Shown here in pieces: positions 39,888 through 51,783 of a stretch of DNA of 64,000 nt; the first letter of the stretch is position 1; every line of letters starts with the position of its first letter. A model generated the notes under the pieces. The model saw nothing but the letters and a program-made list of their open reading frames with translations, was not told where the DNA came from and ran no database searches. This stretch comes from Octopus vulgaris (Eukaryota), in contig OX597819.1 of NCBI GenBank assembly GCA_951406725.2, positions 60,450,001 through 60,514,000 of the forward strand, given 5' to 3'. Both the position numbers and the translations under genes were made by a program.

Positions 39888-39938
<51 letters not shown>

Positions 39939-40047
39939 TCAATAAATAATAACTATTTCATTTTTAGTATGTTTCCAAGATTAAAAAATTTTCATTATTG
40001 ATTAATATAAATATTTTTAAAAATTAGAAAAAAATAAACAAACTCAC

Positions 40048-40187
40048 CTGGAATCACTCGTTTATCCACATCCTTTTCATTTGCTACGTTCTTCTTTTCC
40101 ATAAATCTCAGACAATCTGGGCTTTTATCGAATAATTCGTCTCGTTTCTTTACAAGGTTTTTGTTATAACCTCTCTGTATAGCTAGT
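40048..40187 (-). CDS. CLHC1: CLHC1-like coding exon 3
   Basis: ttgtag / gtgagt, phase 2/1; ends ...KRVIPG. Confidence 0.85.
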
Positions 40188-40803
40188 CTACAAAATAAAT
40201 CAGACACTATTTAATGAAAAAAATGCTCTTTTTCTTTTATCCAAAAGAATGTAGCTTTCATGCAGATCCCTCCACAGGAACCTGCTCAGCCCCTACCCCT
40301 CATCTCCTGGTATGAAACTGACTCCCCCTCCACATACACAGATACCTCTCCCACCTCTTCCAGGGCATGTAGTCCTCCAAACTGTATGGTGACCTCAATA
40401 ATACAGGTGGCACAAAAAAGCACCCAGTCTCTGCTGTAAAACGATTGGCATTCAGAAGAGCATCCCACAGTAAAAGCCATGCCAAAACAGACATTGGAGC
40501 TTGACGCAGTCCTTGGATACATTATATCATTTCAAACTGTCTGATCCATACTGGCATGATGTACAAAACTGTGTTTTTGACATGTGCTGGAATTATGTCT
40601 TTATGGGGTCAAAAGAGACAAAGATTATCATAACTCCACTGGAAAATAGCATAGTATGCACATTTTATGTTGACTGGCCAAAAGAAAGAAGTTACAAGAA
40701 CTGATTTACATATTACATTACTAGCAAAAACTTAATCAATGCAGAGAGGATTAACCAAAATAAATGCAAGCATGCACATCTAAGTGTAACAACACATTTT
40801 TTA

Positions 40804-41413
40804 GGATCTTTACCTTTTGACCGACAGATTTAAAAAATGATTTTTTATAACTAAACACTTTCAAACTTCGGACACTGGTAGAATGTGTCATATAAAATAT
40901 CTTTTACTCTTAACGTTTTTGAGAAAAGCTTATATTTAGGAAGTTATTTCACGTTAAAGTTTTCATGTTTCAGTAATTTCAACCAATCAATGACGTGTAT
41001 TAAGCTGAATAAAATTACTGCCGTTGTTTGTCAACAACAACTATCGGCGGTGTATTTTTCGTTTGTTACTGTTATTTATGACATCGTTCATGCATTTGTA
41101 CTGGTTTTAGCTTTAAGGTTTTAGGGTTAGGGTTGTCATAAATAACAGTGACAAATGAAATATACACCGCCAGAAGTTCTTGTTGACAAACAACAGCAGT
41201 AATTTTATTCAGCTGAATACACGTCATTGATTGGTTGAAATTACCGAAATACTACAACTTTAATGTGAAATAACTTCCTAAATATAAGCTTTTCTCAAAA
41301 ATGCTAAGAGTAAAAGATGTTTTATATGACACATTCTACCAGTGTCCGAAGTTTGAATGTGTTTAGTTACAAAAAATTATTTTTTAAATCTGTCGGTCAA
41401 AAGGTAAAGATCC
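40804..41413. mobile_element. Foldback DNA element with ~280-bp arms, 8-bp TSD, TTAGGG spacer
   Basis: ggatctttacc...ggtaaagatcc; TSD atttttta (40796-40803, 41414-41421). Confidence 0.85.
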
Positions 41414-41509
41414 ATTTTTTATATAATAATAATAATCTTGCTACCCATAAAACTATATGCCTGTCTCTATAATCATTCTATTTTCTAAATCTGGAAGATT
41501 ATAACTTAC

Positions 41510-41697
41510 AATTCTTGAAGCTGATAAATTCTCACTTTAAAATTATGAATTGTTGAACCCTGAGTAGATAATCTAATTATTTGGTTTTTGAGTGTTGGAT
41601 TTCGTCGTTTGGAATAGCGAAGAGCCTCAATCACATTTTCATATTCTTTTTTTATTGACGTCAAGAGTAATTTATAATTTTGGACATGTTCAATTAC
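41510..41697 (-). CDS. CLHC1: CLHC1-like coding exon 2
   Basis: tttcag / gtaagt; [20 protein letters not shown] matches CLHC1 [20 protein letters not shown]. Confidence 0.9.
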
Positions 41698-43109
41698 CTG
41701 AAATTTAAGCAAAATGGTTAGATTTAAAGAAAATTTTAAAACTCAAAAATTTGATTGGTATAAATTAAGTTTTGTCAAAAATGTGTTTTCTTCTATTTTC
41801 TGACGCAAATCAAGTAGTTCTGTAGAAATTTGAGATAGATATAATTTACATTTTGAAAGAAAAACGAACTTTTGTTCTTGAAAAGATACATTCTACATTT
41901 ATTATATAATATTGGTTATTGTTTGTAATTACATCACATGGAAACATATGTAAAACCTAATGCTTTTAGTACAGTGATTGTTGAAGGAGATTATCATCAA
42001 CATCACCCAACATCCATGTTCTATGCAGGCATGGACTGGGTGGTTTGACAGGATCCACTTGATCCAAGAACTGCATCATACTTCAGGGTCTGCTTTGGCA
42101 GGGTTTCTACAGCTGAATGCCTTTCCTAATGCCAACCACTTTACAGTACGTACTGGGTGCTTTTGCTATGTCACCAGTGAGCACTAGTGAGGTTTCTGGG
42201 CACCTTGCAAGACTACAAACCCTGAGATGAGTGACTTTATGCTTGGAGATGAGGGGATTAAACTATGAGAAAGGAACAGAGCAAAACAAGTGTTTCTTGT
42301 TATAAAGAAGCTATATGACTTCTTACATTTGAGAAAATAGGATGGGAGGGATCAGGTAGGGCTGGAAAGAGATATCATGTTACATTGACAAATCAAACAA
42401 TGAATATCTCAAGACAGTTTTATACACATTTATACTATTTAATGACATTTCATAAAATTATTCCTATTTCAAAATAACGAAAAGAATTTTTTTGTGATTA
42501 ACAATTTCTTGTTGTTTTAATGATTATACACAAACTGATTTGCATCTTGTCACTGGACAATGGCAAGGGACAAATACAATTAATGCAGTGTAATGAAATA
42601 AATAAATAATAAAATGATAATAATTTTCAATGAAAATGTATCGATATATAAAAAGGGTAATGGCCCCATGAATGACCATGGGATTGCACCTAGAAAGTTC
42701 CCCTCCAGGGTACAAGTCTGGGCAAGATTGTCCATGGAAGACCAGCAGTTGTCCATGCATACCAACCTTCCCTCTCCATGCCACTGATGTTATTCAAGGG
42801 AAAGGCAAAGACTGACACAGCTAGGGACCAGTGACACTGCAACTCATTTCTACAGCTGAGTGAGCAAGAGCAACATGAAATAAAGTATCTTGCTCAAAAC
42901 GCAACACACAACCTGTACAAGAATTGAACTCACTACTTTGTGATTGTGAGCTCAATGTTCTAAGCACTGAGCCATGTGCCTTCATATCAGTATTAGTTCA
43001 AAATTAGTAATCTGTATACATATTGAAAGGTTTACTGCAGTATTTGTCTTGAGAAAGTATCTATTATAGAGATGAAGTGTTAGAGAATAGAAAAATATAT
43101 ATTGCAAAC

Positions 43110-43319
43110 CATATTAAATGCCCTTTGAAATACAATGAATCTCTGCTCATGATCATCTTCATCCACTTCTTTAAATTCTGATTCAATGAAACAGACCAGT
43201 TCTTTTAGGAAGTGGACATCTAAGCCTGTCTTTGACTCAATGTGAGAATAGTTCTTTCTTAAGGAGGAACAAATGGAAGAGACTGAAGGAGCAATACTGT
43301 GATGCCAAGTAACTGGCAT
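43110..43319 (-). CDS. CLHC1: CLHC1-like coding exon 1
   Basis: ATG 5 nt after a ttttcag acceptor (exon starts 43324), donor gtttgc. FLKELVCFIESE...FIVFQRAFNM resembles the CLHC1 N-terminal region. Confidence 0.8.
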
Positions 43320-43869
43320 TTTTTCTGAAAATAAAACAGGAAAATATAGTGTTTCAGTAATAGTGATAGAAGCAGTGTTAGTTCAAAGTTAGCAATCTGT
43401 ATATATTGAAAGGTTTACTGTAGAATTTGTCTTGAGAAAGTATCTATTAAAGAGATGGAGTGTTAGAAAACAGCAAAATATCAGCATCAAGCAAAGGTTA
43501 CCATGCATTGGAGATGGAATTGCTGGATCTTGATTTCTGCTTGTTAGCTTCTTCAGCAGCAAATATCCTTGCTGAGATAAGATGAATACTGCAGTTTAGT
43601 AAGGCTTTCAAGTATGTATGCAGGTTGGCTAATTCTCAATTAATACTGTTTATCACTAATAATGAATATCTGTAAGGCAGTAAGCTGGCAGAATTGTTGG
43701 CATGGATTAGCAGCATGTCATCTGTCTTCACATTCTTTGTTTAAATTCCACCAAGATCAACTTTGCCTTTTGTTCTTTCGGGGTCAGTAAAATAAATATA
43801 ATTAGAGTACTGGAGCTAATGTAATCTGCTTGATTCCCCCGTCTACTGAAATTGCTGGCCTTAGGAAGG

Positions 43870-45073
43870 TTAACTGGGAAAATAGCTTTTGTGCATGACA
43901 GATGCACTGGGGCAATAAACACTGAAGATGTACAGAAAACTGATTCAATCACATGCCATGGGGAGAAACTAGAAGTAGTTAATAGCTTCTGCTACCTATG
44001 CAACCAAGTTTGTAGTGGGGGCAGTTGCTCTGAGAGTGTAGCAACTAGAGTAAGAATACCCTGGGTAAAGCTCAGGTAGCTCCTATCTCTGCTGGCAACT
44101 AAGGGTGTCTCACTCAGGGTGAAAGGTAGACTGTATGATGCATATGTGTAAACTGCCATGCTACACAGCAGTGAAACATGGACCACAAATGCTGGGAACA
44201 TGCATAGGCTTGAAAGAAATGAAGCTAGTTTGATCTGCTGGATGGGTAATGTCAGTGTGCATACACGACAGTGTGTAAGCACTGTGAGAGAAACATTCGA
44301 GATAAGAAGCATCAAATGTGGTGTGCAAGAGAGGCAACTGTGCTGGTATGGCCATTTGTATGAATGAAGACAGCTGTGTGAAGAAGTGCCACTCCCTAAA
44401 TATAGAAGGAACTTGTGGAAGAGGTAGATCCAGGAAGACATGGGATGAGGTGGTGAAGCATGACCTTCGAACATTGTGACTCACAGAGGCAATGACAGGA
44501 GACTGAGGCCTTTGGAGATATGCTGTGATTGAGAAGACCCAGCAACTAAAGTGAGATTGCAGCCACACATGTCCAGCCCTGTTAATACCCTGATGCATTG
44601 GGCAATATGATATGCTTGAGAAGACCTGTTGATTCAAGTAAAACCAATATCATAGCTGGGGCCGGTGCCCTGGGCTGGCTCCCGTGCCAATGACACGTAA
44701 AAAGCACCATCCAAATGTGGTCGATGCCAGGTCCACCTGACTGGCTCCCGTGCCAGTGGCATGTAAAAAGCACCATCTGAACATGGTCGATGCCAGGTCC
44801 GCCTGACTGGTTTCCGTGCCAGTGGCACATAAAAAGCACCAACCGATCGTGACTGATGCCAGTATCCCTTGACTGGCTCCTGTGCTGGTGGCATGTCAAA
44901 AGTACCCACTACACTCTTGGAGTGGTTGGCATTAGGAAGAGCATCCAGCTGCAGAAGCATTGCCAGATCAGACTGGAGCCTGGTGCAGCTGCTGGCTCTC
45001 CAGACCTCAGTCAATCTGTCCAACCCATGCCAGCAAGGAAAACGGACGTTAAACGATGATGATGATGATGATG
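43870..45073 (+). mobile_element. RTE-clade LINE 3' fragment with 3'UTR minisatellite and (GAT)n tail
   Basis: LEVVNSFCYL...RVRI.W...LHSSETW...RL.WYGH...GRGRSRKTW; continues into ~62-bp repeats and aacggacgttaaacgatgatgat. Confidence 0.85.
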
Positions 45074-45397
45074 TGCCAAAATTTGAAACAATAACAAATA
45101 TTGGTTCAAACTGCAGGCTAAATGCAACATCAGTGACCTTTCATCATTGTTTAACTACTTCAGTTAGCAGCTGATAATGTAACATGGTTATTTGTTGCTA
45201 AAGAAGCTAACAAGCAGAAATCTAGATCCAGTAATTTCACAACCAATGCTAGACAACTTTCACCAGGTTTTTAACACTTTTTATCTATAAGAGATACTTT
45301 ATTAAGACAAATACTACAATTTAGTAAGGCTTTCAACAAATACACACTTTAAGTATGTATACAGATTACTAAAATATAGTGTGTGTTCAATATTTAA

Positions 45398-45617
45398 CCC
45401 TTTAGTGTTCAAATTACTCTGCCAAATGCAATGTTTATGCCTTCACATTGATCTGTATTAATCATACCTTATCTCATAGTTTGGGGATTTCAATGGTGTG
45501 ATTGTTTATTTTTAGAATTACTTTGTAGCGTAAGTTTGAGAGGCCAAATCTGGCCAGTTTGGACATAAAACAAGTAGAATATTTGGGCCAAATATAACTG
45601 GTTTAAATGCTAAAGGG
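45398..45617. mobile_element. piggyBac-like MITE (second family)
   Basis: TTAA-ccctttag...ctaaaggg-TTAA; related degenerate copies near 10330-10830 and 19170-19730. Confidence 0.7.
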
Positions 45618-46601
45618 TTAAAACAGGTATAATATTTTGAATCAAGTAAAAAATTACTCAAGTTTCAAAAATCAGTGAGATTGTGCCAAATAATTATATT
45701 ATATTAGCAGAATTCATAGTACGAGGGACAAAAGACCTCATGATATTTGTGTATTTTTACATTCTGCATTCGAAAGAAATTTATTCATTTACCAAAGATT
45801 CATATAGCACAAGCATAGCTGTATGGTTAAGAAGCTCATTTTGTTACTATGTAGTTTTAGGTTCAGTCCCACCGTGTGGTACCTTGAGCAGAGTAAGTGT
45901 CTTTTATAGCTCCAGGTGATCAATGCCTTATGAGTTAATTTGGTATATTGAAACTGTGTGAAAGTCCATTGTACGTATATATATTTATGTGTGTATATTT
46001 GTATTTGTATCGCCTACAGTACTTGACAACCAACATGGACAGCGGACATTAAATGATGATGATGATGACAATGAAAACTATGAGCGAAGCTAGGGATGTC
46101 GAAGGAAGAAGGTTTGATCTCTGGATGTTGAGCCTCACATCATCATTTAATGTCCATCTTCCATAGGTCGGACAGTTTGACAGGAGCTGGTAAGCCAGAT
46201 GACTATGCCAAGCTTCACTGTCTGCTTTGGCATAGTTTTTACAGCTGGATGCCCTGCCGAATGCAAAATTGTGAACTCGCTAACTCATGCCAGTATGAAA
46301 AGATGATCAAATGACAACTTATACATCAGTATCCAACTTTCCTCTGAACAAATCAAGATTATATAATTTCTCTTGAAAACAACACTCTACCAGGGACCTG
46401 TTACATAAAATAGCCAGAAATTTTATTTAATACATTAATACATTATTTAATAAATTAAATTACATAGAAGCAAGTTAACTTGCAAAATTTTAAAAATCCT
46501 GATATGTATAGCTGAAGTTTTAATTTGCCATAAGTGGACACTGGCTATTTTGCTATGATTATCATGCCATATTTCCTTTATCAATTAATTATACTAAATG
46601 C

Positions 46602-46687
46602 GGCAGAGGTAAAGAATACGCACACCACCCGTTTTCGGCGCAACCCCTAATCCTAAACACCAGGTGTGCGTATTCTTTACTGTTGCC
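46602..46687. mobile_element. Miniature hairpin element, GG..CC termini
   Basis: gtaaagaatacgcacacc / ggtgtgcgtattctttac arms; spacer cccctaatcctaa; flanks ctaaatgc / caagatgc. Confidence 0.6.
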
Positions 46688-46965
46688 CAAGATGCTACAC
46701 AATGGAACCGAACCCAAAGCTACATGGTAAGGAAGTTATTTTCTTAACCACACAGCCACGCCTACTCTATGAATATTAAAGTTTTAAAAAATTTTTTAAT
46801 TGATATTATTTTCTTGTTAGTACGGCTTATTTAATTTTAAATGGATCTAATTTATTATCCCACAAAAACTGTTTAAGTATGTAGTAGAATGCTTGCCTCA
46901 GTAATCATTCTTTTTATATAATTCAGAGGTAAACCTGCAAATCATCATCATCATTTAGCGTCCGC

Positions 46966-47375
46966 GGCGATCTTTCGTCTCTAGTAGACCTTTCCGTCGA
47001 TTTCCGTAAAAAAATTATTTTTTTTACATATGGGCTTGCGGGAACTTTTGAAGTAATATACATACATATACACATACACCGAGTAAAAAATTTCAGTTAT
47101 CTCTTTCTTTCACACATTACTCTGTCTCTTCACACACACTAACAGAAGCACTTCACTTACACAACATACTGTCTGTCTCCCACACCCCATCAAACACACA
47201 CACATGTACATCAATGCTTCCCATGCACGGTAACTTCAAAAGAATTTCCCTCGTCATACAATCGCTTTCTCTTAGTCTCTTTCGCACTCATTACTTCAAA
47301 AGTTCCAGCAAGCCCATATGTAAAAAAAATTTTACGGAAATCGACGGAAAGGTCTACTAGAGACGAAAGATTGCC
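46966..47375. mobile_element. Young MITE with ~90-bp TIRs and perfect 8-bp TSD
   Basis: ggcgatctttcgtctctagtagacc...ggtctactagagacgaaagattgcc; TSD gcgtccgc (46958-46965, 47376-47383). Confidence 0.9.
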
Positions 47376-48080
47376 GCGTCCGCTTTCCATCTAAAAGTAT
47401 TTTTTGCCGTTCAGATCGCTGAGGAGCACTTGACTATCTTCTGTATATCCTTCACTGGGAGAAAGAAAAACAACTAAACATACTTGAACTGACCAGAAAA
47501 TATTTCATTGAATAGGATACTTGGAGGGGATATAGTTGATAATTTCTATAAGTAGTATATAACTGGTACAAGAGAAATAAACATCGGAGATGCTTTGCTC
47601 TAACAAAAATTGCAGGAGTTACTCAGAGGTTTTTGCAAGTTCTAAATCCACCGCAATGTTGGAGACACTTCTGTATCAGGATTAAGTCTCAGGGTCATAA
47701 GCGTTTTGTCACTTAGCCTGTACGCTTCGCCTGAATGGGACAGCGAGATCTGAATTAGCTTTCGCCGGCAGAAGGGTTCAATTTGCAGTCTCCTATCGAC
47801 CGCAGGCTATTTGAACTAGTTTCAGCTGCTAGGCTCTTTCTTTGGTGGCATCGGGTAAAAGTAAAACGAAAAGTATCGAACATTAAAAAAATATATTTCA
47901 CAAATTTGTTTCTAAGAGACACTAAAAAGGCTTTCACTGAAGAGACACCACTATTCTGGGCTATTATCGCTATAATTTCACACAACTACTGGAAACAAAA
48001 CACAAACCTTTCTCAAATAATGTACACAATACTCGGCATGCATCAGTGTTAGGGAAGTCATAGCATAAACAGTCCAAGTT

Positions 48081-48117
48081 ACCAGGAAGTGACGTCATTT
48101 CGTCATTACTTCCGGTT
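48081..48117. promoter_or_regulatory. ETS-CRE composite, quasi-palindromic promoter element between CLHC1 and PSMC4
   Basis: caGGAAGTGACGTCA (48083-48097) followed by cgtca and acttccgg (48108-48115; CCGGAAGT on - strand), just upstream of the PSMC4 ATG. Confidence 0.65.
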
Positions 48118-48128
48118 AATAACGAAAT

Positions 48129-48161
48129 ATGGAGGAGATTGGCATCACTGTCACTGAAAAG
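48129..48161 (+). CDS. PSMC4: 26S proteasome regulatory subunit 6B (Rpt3) exon 1 (MEEIGITVTEK)
   Basis: MEEIGI matches the PSMC4 N-terminus; donor gtacag. Confidence 0.9.
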
Positions 48162-49594
48162 GTACAGAATTTATATTTCTCAACTTCATTGTATGAAATA
48201 TTTTTGTATATTGTTTTATATTTATAAGACCTTTAAACTTCTGAAAGCTTTAGATTTCGGTTTACCTCGTAGTAACGCTTTAACCGGCAAGTGTGTAATT
48301 ATGCAAGTCATTGGTACTTCATTATTGTAGCATGTTTGCTGCTCAATTTTAATTTGCACACTTTATAGTGGAGTAACAAATTTATACGCCTCCTCCTACA
48401 ATATGTGTTAAATTCTCATTCATCCCACCTTATTTAATCCTCATTTATTCCTTCACGTAATGATATTTTATCGTAAAACTGCTATAATATTATATTTTCT
48501 CTGTTATTCTTCACACATCCATTTTGGACTAAACAGTTCTCGTACATCAATCAATTGAGGAAACCAGTTGTTCTCGTTAGTCTTTTATAAATGATCATCG
48601 TAAAAATTGCTTTCTCTATTTCATGTTATTTATCGCAATTAACTATTGAGGGCCAGTTATGAAGAATTTGATATAATAAATCAATAACTACACATATATA
48701 TATATACATACACCACACACATATACACACACATACAGGCACGCACACCTTATTTCGGCTGATCCAGTTGTTCTGTGAAGTTTCTTTGATGCCCAATGTT
48801 TATAGGGTAAAGAATACATTTCCTCCTGTTCCTTATTTCCATTGATACGTGTGTGCGACGTAGTCTGCTCTACATTATTTGGTTAATTGACATTTATCGG
48901 GGACAATCAAGGACCAAAATATAGTATAGGTAACAATTGAACTAGGATTGAATACAACAAAGTTGTTTTTGAAAGAAATTTGTTCACCATTTCTGTGTGG
49001 GAGATTTTCGTGGATTCTCCGCAACCACAGGTAACACAAAATATTTCTCTTTTGACGGAGTTGGAAAAATATCCTGTTTGGAAAATTAGAGGGAAAATTT
49101 CTTTCACTTACTTTGTTAATCACGTGTGAAAATATATCTGATCGAAAAAGGAAAGATTCAATAAATGTATTTTTTGCTTAATTTTTAAGAACACTAAAGC
49201 ATTTCGAAAAAGAAAAAAACAAAGTGCTTTTCACACTGAGAGGACCGGTTTGGATTTGTTGTTAAATTATACTGTTTGAAATTGACGTTTATGATTTCAA
49301 ATCTTTGCTGTGCCAATTTTGCCCTTATTACGCAAAATAACAGAAATTGTTTTTATTATTGATAACTGATTGGTCCTTTTCTTGTTTACTCCCACATCAG
49401 CCCTGATAGAGTTGATTTATGATCAAAGCTGCTTTAGTTTTTGACAATCCTGGTTTTTATTCAGACACAGTGGGTTTGGGATGACATCATCCATATGCGT
49501 TCTTTGTTGATTTTTTTTTAAACACAATGCTATATGAATTGAGGGACACATGGCTGCTGTTTGTAACGGGTCGAGTGACCACATGAAGGTTCCC

Positions 49595-49961
49595 TCTTTT
49601 ACTTGTTTCAGTCATTAGACTGCGGCCATTCTGGGGTGCCGCTTTGAATTTTTAGTAGAATGAATCGACCTCAGCACTTAGATTTTATGCCTGACGCTTA
49701 TTCTATCGGTCTTTTTTTGCCGAATCGCTAAGTCACGGAGATGCTAACACACCAACATCGGCCGTCAAGTGTCGATGGGGGGGGACAGACAAAGACACAA
49801 TGGGCTTCTTTTAGTTTCCCCTCTACCAAATCCACCCACAAGGCTTTGGTGAGCCCGAGGCTATAGTAGACACTCGCCCAGGGCGCCATGCAGTGGGACT
49901 GAACTTTGAAACGTGTGATTGGTAAGTGAGCCTCTTACCACACAGCCACGCCTGCGCCTAT
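49595..49961 (-). mobile_element. SINE family A copy
   Basis: Same consensus, with CpGs retained. Confidence 0.85.
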
Positions 49962-50282
49962 TCATGTTAATTTTTTTGAAGAGCATTCTTGTTCAAAAAT
50001 GTTAGTAAAACAGAAATGGCTCAAGATAAAATTTTACAATGGACAGTATTAAAATGAAATCAATTTTATTTCTAAAATATTAAAAATGGTAACTTGTTTG
50101 CTATCATCCCATTAAAGTTTATTTATTTGCCATGTTAATTAACATTTTATTTATCATCACTTCATAAATGTTATGAGTTTAACACCATCACATGGCAATT
50201 TTATGCATTCTTTTACCAGCATTTATTGGTGTTTTATCTCCTGTTTGATCCAGTATTTGACATTTAACTTTAACTGAAGTAA

Positions 50283-50667
50283 TCTCTCTCTATATAAACG
50301 GCAGTTTGTCTGTGCGTGTTTCTGTGTGTCTGTTTGCTTGTACCCTCACCCTGACCACGGCTTTCAACCGATTCTGATGAAACTTGACACACACATAGCC
50401 CAATGTCATAATTCAAAACTAACGTAGCGAAAATTTTGAAAAGTTCCCCCAGTTCTGAAAAAAAATCGATAAATTCGACATGGGGTCGAGAATCGGAAAC
50501 ACAAACCGCAAACTGTCTAGGGGACGCAACTCCACCTTTTTTCACTCTCAAAAAAAATTTACCATCATTTTTTTCCATTTTTTTGCTATTTTTTGGCTAT
50601 AACTCTCTAAAAATGCTTTAAAGTTATTTCCCTTACAAACCTGAGCAACGCCGGGCGATACTGCTAG
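50283..50667 (+). mobile_element. Non-autonomous Helitron
   Basis: a|TCtctctctatataaa ... cctgagcaacgccgggcgatactgCTAG|t. Confidence 0.78.
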
Positions 50668-51681
50668 TTATGGATGTTTTAATTGAAGTTTTTAGAGGGG
50701 CCTTTTGGAGAGGATTAAATGTCACCCTCCCCACTTTTTTCTCCTTCATGTAAGGATCTCATATTTATTAGAAATTGTTTATTCCAAGTGGAGGATTATT
50801 GCACATTATCTTCTTTAGTCTCTCTGGCTATAAAATACGGATAACAAATAATTTAAACAGGAAGTAACTTCAAGTGGAAAAGCAGGTGCATTTTTTCTTT
50901 TTTTTGTGGGAACAAGATAGATTCTGAAACCCAAAAGAGCAGAAACCATTGTAGTGCAATCCTAGAGGATATATTTAAGCTTTATAAAAGCAATCAACTA
51001 TTCAGAGTTAGAGTATCTTCTGTCTCTGATACACAAAATGTCAATTTTGAATTGAAAGTTATGTATGATAAAGAGTTTTCTGATATAGTTATAGAACTGA
51101 AATTTATAAAGATGGTGATGATTTAGTCATTAAGCTCATTTGTTTTCTTGAAATAACCAAAACAGATAGTACTGCTTTATTGAAAATTATCAGATTGTTG
51201 TAATAGGGTAGTGAGTGGACATGATTTTTAAAAACAGCTTGTCTATGAAGTGTGTGAAATATACTGTTTTAGTAACAGCTGTAAATGGACCATTCCTGTT
51301 ATTGGAGCAGTTTCTTCCTATGAGGAAGCTTTCTTGGCCATGTTGATAATCAGTAACTGCATAAAGCTTCAATTGCGTAGTGACTCTGGAAACAGAGAAC
51401 TAGAGTTCTACTTATTAGATGTTATTGCAGGCCTTCCAATAGAAGCTGTTAGAAACTGATAAGAAAATGAAGACATTACATATCTGTGTGTATCTTGTAA
51501 TAACAGTGAAATTATCATACTTATGCCAGCATGGAAAACGGATATTAAACAATGATGATGATGTTTAAAGATGTGAGAAATATTGAAGTACATAAAGAAT
51601 TTATAAACTAATTTCTTTCTTTTCTTATATTATCATCCATATGAATTAATCACTGTATACTTTTTCTCATTTTAATTGCAG

Positions 51682-51783
51682 GAAGATTCTGTAGTGAGTG
51701 AATCTCGCCCTGGAACTGCCCAAACCATTCCTCATTATGATCCCTTAGCTTTGGATAATGAAGACCTCTATGTCAAGTATAAA
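51682..51783 (+). CDS. PSMC4: PSMC4 exon 2
   Basis: ttgcag / gtaagt; EDSVVSESRPGT...EDLYVKYK. Confidence 0.93.

Noticed and set aside
47745-47765. aattcaga motif reminiscent of RNase P CR-V
   Set aside because: No matching CR-I (GGAAGGTCTG-like) partner visible upstream on that strand.
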